DNA from: Candidatus Susulua stagnicola | GTDB taxonomy: Bacteria; Omnitrophota; Gorgyraeia; Duberdicusellales; 4484-171 | Length of the DNA: 51,519 bases | Direction of reading: 5' to 3' | Assembly (NCBI GenBank): GCA_030765735.1 | Contig: JAVCBZ010000085.1 | Span: forward strand, 1-51,519 | In this document: one piece after another, positions 1 through 9,755 of the stretch | Position numbering within the stretch: position 1 is the first letter of the stretch | How the letters are laid out: each line of letters starts with the position of its first letter | The notes under the pieces: model-generated | What the model was told of the DNA's origin: nothing | The model's input: only the letters and a program-made list of their open reading frames with translations | Database searches by the model: none | Position numbers and translations under genes: made by a program

Positions 1-1151
1 AGACCATTCTTAATCATTTTTTAAAATTAAAGAATGCTCTTTCTTCAGTTAAGCCATTAATTTGTTATTCAGTTAAAGCTAATTCTAATCTTTCATTATT
101 AAAGCTTTTGGTTTCAAAAGGATCAGGTTTAGATATTGTTTCTGGTGGAGAACTTTATCGAGCCAAGAAAGTAAAATGTCTAGCTAAAAAAATAGTTTAT
201 GCTTCAGTAGGTAAAACTGATATCGAGATAAGAGATGCTATAAATTATGGAATATTAATGTTTAATATAGAATCTTTGCCGGAGGCAGAAAGGGTTAATA
301 AGATTTCTGGAGAGTTAAAGAAAAAAATTAAAGTAGCCTTACGTTTTAACCCTGATGTTAGGTCAGGAACTCACGCTTACATTACTACTGGTCAAGCAGA
401 AACTAAGTTTGGCATGGATGAACAAACAGTAAAGTCTATTTTTGCTTTTCCAGCTAAGTATCCAAATTTAAATATTGTTGGAATTCATATGCATATTGGT
501 TCACAAATTACTAAGGGAGAACCATTTATAAAGACTTTTAAGAAAGCTAATAGAGTTATAAGAGAATTAAAAGCTAAAGGAATAAGATTAGAGTATCTGA
601 ATATTGGTGGTGGGTTAGGTATAGTTTATGATAAGGAAAGGCCTCAGACTGCTAAAGAATTTGCTAAGAAAGTTTTGCCTTTGCTTAAAGAATCGGGATT
701 GAAAATTATCTTAGAGCCAGGAAGATTTATTGTTGGTAATGCTGGAATTTTAGTAACCAAGGTTATTTATTTGAAAGAAACTGACCAAAAGAATTTTATT
801 ATTGTTGATGCGGCGATGAATGATTTATCTCGACCTTCTCTTTATGGAGCTTACCATAGAATAGTTCCTTTAGTCAAAAGGATGAAGGATAAAGGAAGAA
901 GGAAGAAGTTGGCTGATGTGGTGGGCCCAGTTTGTGAGAGTGGCGATTTTTTAGGTAAGGGAAGAAAGATGAAAGCTAAATCAGGTGATCTTATTGCTGT
1001 TTTAGGAGCAGGAGCTTATGGTTTTAGTATGAGCTCTAATTATAATTCTCGTCCTAGGGTAGCTGAAGTATTAGTCAAGAGCAAAAAAGCTTACTTAATC
1101 AGGAAGAGAGAAAATTATCAAGATTTAATTGAAGGTGAAATCATTATTTAA
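1..1151 (+). CDS. lysA: Diaminopimelate decarboxylase (5' end cut by window edge)
   Basis: Frame is open from nt 3 (TILNHFLKLKNALSSVKPLICYSVKANSNLSLLKLL precedes the tracked Met at 108). GGGLGI and GPVCESGD motifs of PLP-dependent DAP decarboxylase. dap operon context. Confidence 0.9.
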   Translation, partial: TILNHFLKLKNALSSVKPLICYSVKANSNLSLLKLLVSKGSGLDIVSGGELYRAKKVKCLAKKIVYASVGKTDIEIRDAINYGILMFNIESLPEAERVNKISGELKKKIKVALRFNPDVRSGTHAYITTGQAETKFGMDEQTVKSIFAFPAKYPNLNIVGIHMHIGSQITKGEPFIKTFKKANRVIRELKAKGIRLEYLNIGGGLGIVYDKERPQTAKEFAKKVLPLLKESGLKIILEPGRFIVGNAGILVTKVIYLKETDQKNFIIVDAAMNDLSRPSLYGAYHRIVPLVKRMKDKGRRKKLADVVGPVCESGDFLGKGRKMKAKSGDLIAVLGAGAYGFSMSSNYNSRPRVAEVLVKSKKAYLIRKRENYQDLIEGEIII

Positions 1152-1196
1152 AAGAGATTATATAGATTGAAAGATAAGATTACACAGATTGGGTAA

Positions 1197-2081
1197 ATGA
1201 TGAAAATAGAGTTTTATAAATTACAAGCTTCTGGCAATGATTTTATTCTTCTTGATAATATTAAGAGTAAGAATAAATTTAGCATTGCTTTTTATAAGAA
1301 TTTTGCAAAAAAGTATTGCTCTCGTAAATTAGGAATTGGTGCTGATGGAGTATTAATAATCCAACCATCAAAAAAAGCTGATTTTAAGATGAGAATCTTT
1401 AATTCTGATGGTTCAGAAGCTGAGATGTGTGGCAATGGAGCTCGTTGCGTAGGGCTTTGGGCTTATTTGGCATCTCAGAGGAAAAATGTAAAATTTGAAA
1501 CTAAAGCTGGAATTATTGATGTTAAAATTGAAATTAAGAATAAGACTACATTGGTAAAGATAAAGACATCTATTCCAGTTGGGCTAAAGGTTAATTTACC
1601 ACTTAAGGTTTTAGGGCGTAAAATAAAGGTAAATTTTATTAATACTGGTGTACCTCATGTAGTTATTTTTGTTCAGGGTTTAGATAAGATTGATGTTGAT
1701 AAAATCGGTAGAGAAATACGTTTTCATAAGCAGTTTAAGCCAGCGGGAACTAACGTTAATTTTGTAGAGATAAAGGGCGATAGCTCAATTAAGGTAAGGA
1801 CTTATGAGAGAGGAGTAGAAGCTGAGACTTTAGCTTGTGGCACTGGATCATTAGCTTCAGCAATGATTTCTTGGCTTAAGCTTAATCCTGAAATTAAGCA
1901 GAAGAACTTAATTTCAATGCTTGTCACAACTAAAAGCAAAGATGTTTTAAAAGTTACTTTTTCCGCCAAAGGCGGATCTGTCTCCGGCGGAGATGATAAG
2001 GCAGAGATAGATAATGTTTGGCTGGAAGGAAAAGCTTATTTAATTTATCAAGGTATAATTAAAGAGGGGGTAGGAGCATGA
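1197..2081 (+). CDS. dapF: Diaminopimelate epimerase
   Basis: Both catalytic-Cys motifs are present (FNSDGSEAEMCGNGARC and ETLACGTGS). Length fits. Flanked by lysA and dapA. Confidence 0.9.
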   Translation: MMKIEFYKLQASGNDFILLDNIKSKNKFSIAFYKNFAKKYCSRKLGIGADGVLIIQPSKKADFKMRIFNSDGSEAEMCGNGARCVGLWAYLASQRKNVKFETKAGIIDVKIEIKNKTTLVKIKTSIPVGLKVNLPLKVLGRKIKVNFINTGVPHVVIFVQGLDKIDVDKIGREIRFHKQFKPAGTNVNFVEIKGDSSIKVRTYERGVEAETLACGTGSLASAMISWLKLNPEIKQKNLISMLVTTKSKDVLKVTFSAKGGSVSGGDDKAEIDNVWLEGKAYLIYQGIIKEGVGA

Positions 2082-2407
2082 GAAAGAAAAAAATTCTAGT
2101 TTCAGCAATTTTAGGTTTCTTTGTTTTTATTGCTTTTGTTGTTAGTGTAGCTAAAACTGGGAATGGAGAAAATTTAACTGTGACTACCTATTATCCTTCA
2201 CCACATGGAGTATACAAAACACTTAATGTTAGTGAATTAATTCTTAAACCTTTGGATAAAGCTCCTAAGGATCCAGTAGAAGGAATGATTTTTTTCTCAT
2301 CTGGCAAAGGAGAAGATGATATGGGTAATAAGATTGATAAAGGTATATGGGTTTGTTCTGGTGCAAGATGGTACCCTTTAGCTCTTTTAGAAGAAAGAAT
2401 AAAATAA
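2078..2407 (+). CDS. Hypothetical membrane-anchored protein (109 aa)
   Basis: ATG overlaps the dapF stop (ATGA at 2078-2081) with GGAG upstream. Lys-rich N-terminus plus one hydrophobic helix. No family recognised. Confidence 0.6.
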   Translation: MRKKKILVSAILGFFVFIAFVVSVAKTGNGENLTVTTYYPSPHGVYKTLNVSELILKPLDKAPKDPVEGMIFFSSGKGEDDMGNKIDKGIWVCSGARWYPLALLEERIK

Positions 2408-2457
2408 TAAAAATTTTTAGTTTAATATTAAAGTAAGAAAATATAAAAGGGGGAATT

Positions 2458-3336
2458 ATGTTAAAGGGAAGTATAGTCGCTTTAATTACGCCATTTGATA
2501 GTCAAGGCCAGATAAATGACGATAAGCTTAAAGAGCTAATTGATTGGCATATTGAGAAGGGTACAGATGGTATCTTAGTTTGTGGTACTACTGGCGAAAG
2601 TGCGACCTTAACCCATCCTGAGCATAGAAAGATAATTGAATTAGCATCGAAGCATGTAAATAAAAGATTGCCAGTATTAGCTGGTTGTGGTTCTAATTCG
2701 ACTAAAGAAGCTCTTGATTTAGCTAGTTATGCTGAAAGTGTAGGTGCTGATTATTCTTTAGTTATTACTCCTTATTATAATAGGCCTACCCAAGAGGGGC
2801 TTTATCAACACTTTAAAACAATAGCTGATTCAGTAAACATTCCGATTATTATTTATAATGTGCCTTCTAGAACTGGAAGTAATATATTGCCTGAGACTGT
2901 AGCTAGGCTTTATAAGGATTGTAAAAATATTGTTGGTATAAAAGAAGCTAGTGGTTCCTTAGATCAAATTACTAATATTATGACTTTAGTTGATGATAAG
3001 TTTTTGTTGTTTTCAGGAAGTGATGAGATTAATCTGCCAGTGCTCTCTATTGGTGCAGCTGGAATAATTTCAGTAGTAGCTAATATTATGCCTCGTGAAA
3101 CCCATGCCTTGGTTGCTAGTTTTTTAGAAGGCAATTTAGCAGAAGCTAAAAGGTTACAATTATATCTTTATGATATCATTAAAATACTTTTTATTGAAAC
3201 TAATCCAATACCAGTAAAAACTGCTTTAGAATTAATGGGGATGATTGAGCTTAATTTGAGATTACCTCTTTGTAAAATGAGCTCAACAAATTTAGATAAA
3301 CTAAAAGTAATGCTTGAAAAATATAAATTGATTTAG
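2458..3336 (+). CDS. dapA: 4-hydroxy-tetrahydrodipicolinate synthase
   Basis: GTTGES motif and Schiff-base Lys context IVGIKEASG. AAGGGGG RBS upstream. Confidence 0.92.
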   Translation: MLKGSIVALITPFDSQGQINDDKLKELIDWHIEKGTDGILVCGTTGESATLTHPEHRKIIELASKHVNKRLPVLAGCGSNSTKEALDLASYAESVGADYSLVITPYYNRPTQEGLYQHFKTIADSVNIPIIIYNVPSRTGSNILPETVARLYKDCKNIVGIKEASGSLDQITNIMTLVDDKFLLFSGSDEINLPVLSIGAAGIISVVANIMPRETHALVASFLEGNLAEAKRLQLYLYDIIKILFIETNPIPVKTALELMGMIELNLRLPLCKMSSTNLDKLKVMLEKYKLI

Positions 3337-3341
3337 GAGGA

Positions 3342-4061
3342 TTGATGATTAAAGTTGGCATAAGTGGTGCATGCGGAAAAATGGGCAAGAGAATTATTGC
3401 TTTAGCTTCTGGTTTCAAAAATTTAGAAATTGTTTTTGGCTTAGAAGCCAAAGACCATCCTGAAGTAGGTAAGACTATTGATAAGGTTAAAATTACTGCT
3501 GATCTTAATAACATTGAGGCCTGTGATTGTTTAATAGATTTTAGTGCTCCTTTAGCTACTTTAGAGTATTTAGATTATGCAGTGAAGTTTAAGAAGTGTA
3601 TGGTTATTGGTACTACTGGTTTAGATAAAGAGGCACAAGAAAAAATAAAACAAGCTGCCAAGAGTATAGCTATTATTTTATCTCCTAATATGAGTGTAGG
3701 GGTAAACCTTCTTTTTAAATTATTAAAGATAGCTGCTGGTACTTTAAAAGATTATAAGGTGGGTATTCAGGAAGCCCATCATATCCATAAAAAAGATTCT
3801 CCATCAGGTACTGCTAAAAAAATAGCTGAAATTATTAATCAACAAGGGTTTAATATAAAGACAGAAGATATCAAAGCTGATAGATATGATGATATTATTG
3901 GAGATCACAAAGTAGTTTTTGAAAGTGGTGTAGATAAAATAGAGTTAAGCCATAGCGCTAAAACGAGAGATATTTTTGTTCAGGGGGCTCTCTTATCTTC
4001 TGAATGGATTGCCAATAAGAGCGCTGGTTTTTATTCAATGGAAGATGTTTTGTTTGGCTAA
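3342..4061 (+). CDS. dapB: 4-hydroxy-tetrahydrodipicolinate reductase
   Basis: N-terminal dinucleotide fold GISGACGKMG. EAHHIHKKDSPSGTA signature. AGGAGG RBS. Confidence 0.9.
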   Translation: MMIKVGISGACGKMGKRIIALASGFKNLEIVFGLEAKDHPEVGKTIDKVKITADLNNIEACDCLIDFSAPLATLEYLDYAVKFKKCMVIGTTGLDKEAQEKIKQAAKSIAIILSPNMSVGVNLLFKLLKIAAGTLKDYKVGIQEAHHIHKKDSPSGTAKKIAEIINQQGFNIKTEDIKADRYDDIIGDHKVVFESGVDKIELSHSAKTRDIFVQGALLSSEWIANKSAGFYSMEDVLFG

Positions 4062-4087
4062 GGTTTAACAATAGGAGATTAAAAAAG

Positions 4088-5242
4088 ATGTGGGAATTAT
4101 CAGATAGATTGAAACGATTACCACCGTATTTATTTGCTGAAATCGATCGAAAAAAGAGCGAACTTAGAAAAAATAAAGTTAAGTTTATTGATCTTAGCAT
4201 TGGTGACCCTGATATAGAGGCACCCTTAGGAATGATAAAAACTTTAGTAGTTGCTGCTAAGATAAAACTGAATCAGAAATATGCTCTTGATCAGGGTAAA
4301 GATGAATTTCGTAAAGCTATTAAGAAATGGTTTAAGAAAAGATTTACAGTTTCTTTAGACCAAGACAAAGAAATTTTACCTTTAATTGGTTCTAAAGAAG
4401 GGCTTGTCCATTTTCCTTTGGGAGTAGTAAATAGAGGTGAATATGTTATTATTCCCTCTCCAGGTTACCCTGGTTATAGAGGGGCAGCTTTTCTTGCTGA
4501 AGCAAAAGTTTATGAAGCTGGGCTTTTGGAGGAAAATAATTTTTTACCTGATCTTTCAAAAATTCCGATAAATGTCCGTAATAAAGCAAAATTAATTTAC
4601 CTAAATTATCCAAATAATCCCACTACAGCTTTAGCGCCGCTTAGTTTTTTAAAAGAATTAGTTAATTTTTGTTCAAAATATGGAATTATTTTAGCCTATG
4701 ATAATGCTTACTCGGAAGTGTATTTTGATCAGAAACCTCATAGTATTCTAGAGGTCAAAGGAGCTTTTGAGGTAGCTGTAGAATTTCATTCTTTGTCTAA
4801 GACTTTTTGTGTAACTGGTTTAAGAGTTGGCTGGGCAAGTGGTAATAAAGATCTTATTAAATCTTTATTAAAAGTAAAAGCTAATGTTGATTCGGGAATT
4901 TTTGGAGCAATTCAAGAAGCTGGGATACAAGCTTTAGAAAAAGAAGCTGGTTATGTGAGCAAATTACGAGAAAGAATAAGAGAGAGAAGAGATTATTTTG
5001 TTGACAATTTAAGGAAGTCTGGCTTTAATAATATTTATTCTGATTCTACTTTTTATGTTTGGGCCAGGATTCCTAAAGGTTTTAAGTCTTCGTTAGACTT
5101 TAGTAAATATTTGCTTAGTGAAAAGAGAATTATCGCTACTCCTGGAGTAGGATTTGGAAAATATGGAGAAGGATTTATTAGGTTTGCTTTAACTGTGGAT
5201 AAGAGTAAAATAAAGCAGGTTTTTAAAAACAAGCTTATTTAG
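4088..5242 (+). CDS. dapL: LL-diaminopimelate aminotransferase (class I PLP aminotransferase)
   Basis: NYPNNPT and SLSKTF..GLRVGW (PLP-Lys) motifs. N-terminal LPPYLFAEID is typical of DapL. Clustered with dapA/dapB/dapF/lysA, with no dapD/dapC/dapE in the window. Confidence 0.7.
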   Translation: MWELSDRLKRLPPYLFAEIDRKKSELRKNKVKFIDLSIGDPDIEAPLGMIKTLVVAAKIKLNQKYALDQGKDEFRKAIKKWFKKRFTVSLDQDKEILPLIGSKEGLVHFPLGVVNRGEYVIIPSPGYPGYRGAAFLAEAKVYEAGLLEENNFLPDLSKIPINVRNKAKLIYLNYPNNPTTALAPLSFLKELVNFCSKYGIILAYDNAYSEVYFDQKPHSILEVKGAFEVAVEFHSLSKTFCVTGLRVGWASGNKDLIKSLLKVKANVDSGIFGAIQEAGIQALEKEAGYVSKLRERIRERRDYFVDNLRKSGFNNIYSDSTFYVWARIPKGFKSSLDFSKYLLSEKRIIATPGVGFGKYGEGFIRFALTVDKSKIKQVFKNKLI

Positions 5243-5257
5243 TTTAAGGAGATTAGA

Positions 5258-5800
5258 ATGCGCAAAGTTATATTATTTTTATTGATTGTTCTTATATCTC
5301 ATACGGCTTTTGCACTTAATCTTGAAAGTGATGTTCTTGAGAATAAAGGCTATATTCCTGATCGCTATACTTGTGATGCTCACGGCTTTTCTCCTTCTCT
5401 TAGTTGGAGTGATGTTCCTAAGAATGTTAAAAGTTTTGTTCTTATTTGTGATGATTCTGATTCTTCTTTTAAGATTTGGGTTCATTGGGTAGCTTTTAAT
5501 ATCCCTTTAGAAGTAACCAGTCTAAAAGAAGGTATTTCTAAAGAGGAATTATCTGAATTACTTATTACCGAAGGTACAAATGATTTTGGTAAAGTGGGTT
5601 ATCAAGGGCCTTGTCCCCCATCGGGTAAGTCTCACCGCTATTCTTTCAAGCTCTACGCTTTAGGTACTACTCTAGCCTTAGAAGAAGGAGCATCTAAGAA
5701 GGATATAATTGAAGCTATGCAAGGACATATCATTGCTGAAGCTAAGATAGTAGGTCGTTATCGACGACCAAGTGAAACCCAAGAACAGGAAGCAGAGTAA
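5258..5800 (+). CDS. Secreted YbhB/YbcL (PEBP) family protein
   Basis: Signal peptide ending AFA, then the GPCPPSGKSHRYSFKLYAL signature of bacterial PEBP proteins. Confidence 0.8.
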   Translation: MRKVILFLLIVLISHTAFALNLESDVLENKGYIPDRYTCDAHGFSPSLSWSDVPKNVKSFVLICDDSDSSFKIWVHWVAFNIPLEVTSLKEGISKEELSELLITEGTNDFGKVGYQGPCPPSGKSHRYSFKLYALGTTLALEEGASKKDIIEAMQGHIIAEAKIVGRYRRPSETQEQEAE

Positions 5801-5861
5801 GTTTAAATATAAACAATAAGATCCTGCGACTTCTTGTAGTTGCTCAGGATCAATTCGATTT

Positions 5862-5886
5862 AGCATTTTTTCAAAGAAAAAATGCT
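5862..5886 (+). terminator. AT-rich hairpin downstream of the PEBP gene (possible terminator)
   Basis: AGCATTTTTT / AAAAAATGCT 10-bp stem with 5-nt loop, preceded by a second 7-bp hairpin GATCCTG...CAGGATC (5820-5851). No clean T-run after the stem. Confidence 0.35.
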
Positions 5887-5897
5887 GATCTCATTGA

Positions 5898-7443
<1,546 letters not shown>

Positions 7444-7466
7444 GTTGTTAACATGTATAGTAATTT

Positions 7467-7543
7467 CGCGGGGTAGAGCAGTCCGGTAGCTCGCAAGGCT
7501 CATAACCTTGAGGTCACAAGTTCAAATCTTGTCCCCGCAACCA
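7467..7543 (+). tRNA. tRNA-Met (anticodon CAT), initiator type, CCA encoded
   Basis: 77-nt cloverleaf nearly colinear with E. coli tRNA-fMet: CGCGGGG/CCCCGCA acceptor stem with C1 opposite A72, A11:U24, CTCATAA anticodon loop, GTTCAAATC T-loop, terminal ACCA. Confidence 0.93.
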
Positions 7544-7553
7544 TCTTTATATA

Positions 7554-7588
7554 AGTGGAGATTGATTAATTTCAGTCTCCACTTTTTT
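7554..7588 (+). terminator. Intrinsic terminator after the intact tRNA
   Basis: AGTGGAGA / TCTCCACT 8-bp stem with 14-nt loop, followed by TTTTT. Confidence 0.7.
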
Positions 7589-7814
7589 ATTATTTGGTGT
7601 TTATGCTTCAGGGGTAACACTCGGATAACAAAAATTTTTTCAAGCCCTTTATTTACATATTTTTTGATTGGTGTCTTTTTTGGACACCAGATTTTGCCAA
7701 TTCTAATTGACTAAGTTTAGTTGATTCGGAAAGCAAAGATATTCCAAGGTCTTTCGGAGTATATACTTAAGGCTATATAAAAATCTTGAGATTAATGCTG
7801 GAAATTTGTTTAAA

Positions 7815-7830
7815 ACATCATAAATGATGT
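7815..7830. promoter_or_regulatory. Palindrome ACATCAT-AA-ATGATGT (candidate HipB operator)
   Basis: Perfect 7-bp arms. Related half-sites ATGATGCAT (7864-7872) and ACATCAAATATGAT (7903-7916) lie further downstream in the hipBA upstream region. Confidence 0.3.
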
Positions 7831-7893
7831 GCTATAGCTATTAATGGCTTTAATAAATCAATTATGATGCATTAATAACAATTACTATTAATA

Positions 7894-7922
7894 TTGACAT
7901 AAGACATCAAATATGATACATT
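7894..7922 (+). promoter_or_regulatory. Candidate sigma70-type promoter of hipBA
   Basis: TTGACA (7894-7899), 17-nt spacer, TACATT (7917-7922), about 45 nt upstream of the hipB ATG. The spacer contains ACATCA..ATGAT, related to the upstream palindrome. Confidence 0.4.
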
Positions 7923-7965
7923 CTATACGTGAAGGTAATTTAAAACTTTAAAAGTGAGGTTTAAT

Positions 7966-8310
7966 ATGATTAGTAATGAAATGTCAGATGGAGCAATTTT
8001 AAGCGAACTTGGATTACGAATTTCAAGGCATCGCCTGAACAAAAATATGACACAAAGTGCATTAGCTATTGAAGCTGGTGTTTCAAAACCAACCATTCAG
8101 CGCATTGAGCGCGGCGCATCTGTTCAATTATCAAAACTGATACGTATTTTGCGCGCGCTAGATTTAATTAAGAATATGGAGTCATTTATACCTGAGCTTG
8201 CAGTGAGTCCACTTCAGCAACTTGAAATGAAAGGAAAAATAAGGCAGCGTGCTTCATCATCGCAGGAAGATGATAAGGGGGTTGATTGGTCCTGGGGAGA
8301 CGCGGAATGA
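7966..8310 (+). CDS. hipB: HipB-like XRE-family HTH antitoxin (114 aa from ATG 7966; track start 7954 is a GTG inside the RBS)
   Basis: HTH core MTQSALAIEAGVSKPTIQRIERG. GAGG RBS at 7956-7959. Its stop overlaps the hipA ATG. Confidence 0.8.
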   Translation: MISNEMSDGAILSELGLRISRHRLNKNMTQSALAIEAGVSKPTIQRIERGASVQLSKLIRILRALDLIKNMESFIPELAVSPLQQLEMKGKIRQRASSSQEDDKGVDWSWGDAE

Positions 8311-9602
8311 GCATTGCAGAGGTCAGACTTTGGGGTAGAAAAATTGGGGCTGTTGCTTGGGATAGTGAAAAGAATATTGCGAATTTTGAATATGAATCTT
8401 CATTTGTAAAAAGTGGTATCGAGGTTTCTCCAATAACTATGCCACTTTCTTCTCAAATTTATTCTTTTCCTGTGTTGAAAACAGATGCATTTCGTGGGCT
8501 TCCCGGATTGTTGGCAGATTCTTTGCCTGATAAATTTGGTAATGCATTAATCAATGCTTGGCTAACAAAAGAGGGAAGGATGCCAGAAAGTTTTAATTCG
8601 GTAGAACGTCTTTGCTATATTGGAAAACGAGGTATTGGAGCGCTTGAATTTATACCTTCGCAAGGACCTGTCTCTAAACCTTCAAGAAATATTAATATTG
8701 ATTCTTTAGTTGAACTAGCCAGTGAAATTCTTTTAAAGAGAAACTCCTTTAAGAGTTCATTTTCAATTCCGAAAAGAAATAAAACCTTGCAAGATCTCTT
8801 AAGAGTAGGAACTTCTGCAGGTGGCGCGAGAGCAAAAGCGATTATTGCATGGAACCCTGAAACTCAACAAGTTCGATCGGGGCAGATCAAAGCTGGATTA
8901 GGATTTTCGTATTGGATATTAAAATTTGATGGCGTGTCTGGAAATACCGATAAAGATTTAGAAGATTCAAAAGGATTTGGACTTATTGAGTATGCATATC
9001 ATAAAATGGCAATAGATGCAGGAATAGAAATGAGTGAATGCAGATTGCTAGATGAAAACAATAGAAGACATTTTATTACAAAGCGGTTTGATCGAACAGA
9101 GAATGGCGGCAAAATACATATGCAGTCTTTAGGTGCATTAGCCCATTATGATTTTAACCAGGTTGGAGCATATTCGTATGAGCAAGCTATTCAAGTTATG
9201 CGAAAATTAAAATTAGCTATGGATGCCATAGAGGAGCAATTTAGGCGAATTGTATTTAATATTATTGCAAGGAACCAGGATGATCATGTTAAGAACATCG
9301 CATTTTTAATGAATAAGTTAGGTGAATGGAAACTTTCGCCAGCATTTGATGTTATTTATAGTTACAATCCTTCGGGCATTTGGACTAATATGCATCAAAT
9401 GTCTATGAATGGAAAGCGAGATGAATTTGATAGAAATGATTTCATTGAATTTGCTAAGACTGCGTTAATGAAGAGGGGAAGAGCTGAAGCAATTCTTTCT
9501 CAAGTTCAAGATGTTGTGTCAAAATGGCCAACGTATGCCAAAGATGCTGGTATCACAGGCGACACAATAAAGAAGATTGCTAAAACCCATCGAAAGATAT
9601 AA
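8307..9602 (+). CDS. hipA: HipA-family serine/threonine kinase toxin (431 aa from ATG 8307)
   Basis: ATGA overlap with the hipB stop (8307-8310). N-terminal HipA coupling-domain features. GTSAGGARAKA loop and catalytic RNQDDHVKNIAFL motif of HipA_C kinases. Confidence 0.85.
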   Translation: MSIAEVRLWGRKIGAVAWDSEKNIANFEYESSFVKSGIEVSPITMPLSSQIYSFPVLKTDAFRGLPGLLADSLPDKFGNALINAWLTKEGRMPESFNSVERLCYIGKRGIGALEFIPSQGPVSKPSRNINIDSLVELASEILLKRNSFKSSFSIPKRNKTLQDLLRVGTSAGGARAKAIIAWNPETQQVRSGQIKAGLGFSYWILKFDGVSGNTDKDLEDSKGFGLIEYAYHKMAIDAGIEMSECRLLDENNRRHFITKRFDRTENGGKIHMQSLGALAHYDFNQVGAYSYEQAIQVMRKLKLAMDAIEEQFRRIVFNIIARNQDDHVKNIAFLMNKLGEWKLSPAFDVIYSYNPSGIWTNMHQMSMNGKRDEFDRNDFIEFAKTALMKRGRAEAILSQVQDVVSKWPTYAKDAGITGDTIKKIAKTHRKI

Positions 9603-9689
9603 AAACGCTCAGCATCAACTTAGTGTATTATTTAGACACCTATCACAGTTAAATCTTAAAAAACTCAACAAACCAACTAACTATTTACT

Positions 9690-9746
9690 ATAGCTTACAA
9701 GGCTCATAACCTTGAGGTCACAAGTTCAAATCTTGTCCCCGCAACC
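9690..9746 (+). repeat. Direct repeat / 5'-truncated copy of the initiator tRNA (anticodon stem to CCA); putative attR
   Basis: 9697-9746 is identical to 7494-7543 (50/50). Extending to 9690/7487 gives 57 nt with 2 mismatches. It lacks the acceptor 5' strand and D-arm, so it is not a functional tRNA. Confidence 0.9.
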
Positions 9747-9755
9747 AGAAAATAA

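Larger units (their letters stand above)
7544..9746 (+). mobile_element. tRNA-flanked genomic islet carrying only hipBA; no integrase (decayed or trans-mobilised island)
   Basis: Bounded by the intact tRNA and a perfect 50-nt copy of its 3' half. Each copy has its own terminator. The interior has a ~400-nt ORF-free region plus hipB-hipA. GC-rich runs (e.g. GCGCGCGC at 8151-8158) are unlike the flanks. Confidence 0.55.

Noticed and set aside
1960-2000. GC-rich patch with small hairpins (TCCGCC-AAA-GGCGGA, TCTCC-GGC-GGAGA) inside dapF, considered as an in-frame palindromic-element insertion of the RPE type.
   Set aside because: The patch is short and not related in sequence to the intergenic palindromes. 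It encodes a Gly/Ser-rich loop (AKGGSVSGGDD) that could simply be a variable surface loop. No second copy is seen in the window.
7508-7714. 68-aa + strand ORF starting inside the tRNA gene.
   Set aside because: It begins within the tRNA T-arm and reads through the tRNA terminator hairpin. It has no RBS, and its hydrophobic low-complexity product has no recognisable features.
7589-7953. Search for an integrase or excisionase remnant next to the tRNA, as expected for a tRNA-integrated island.
   Set aside because: No ORF of useful length exists on either strand, and I could not see tyrosine-recombinase motif fragments by eye. A highly decayed pseudogene cannot be excluded without a translated similarity search.
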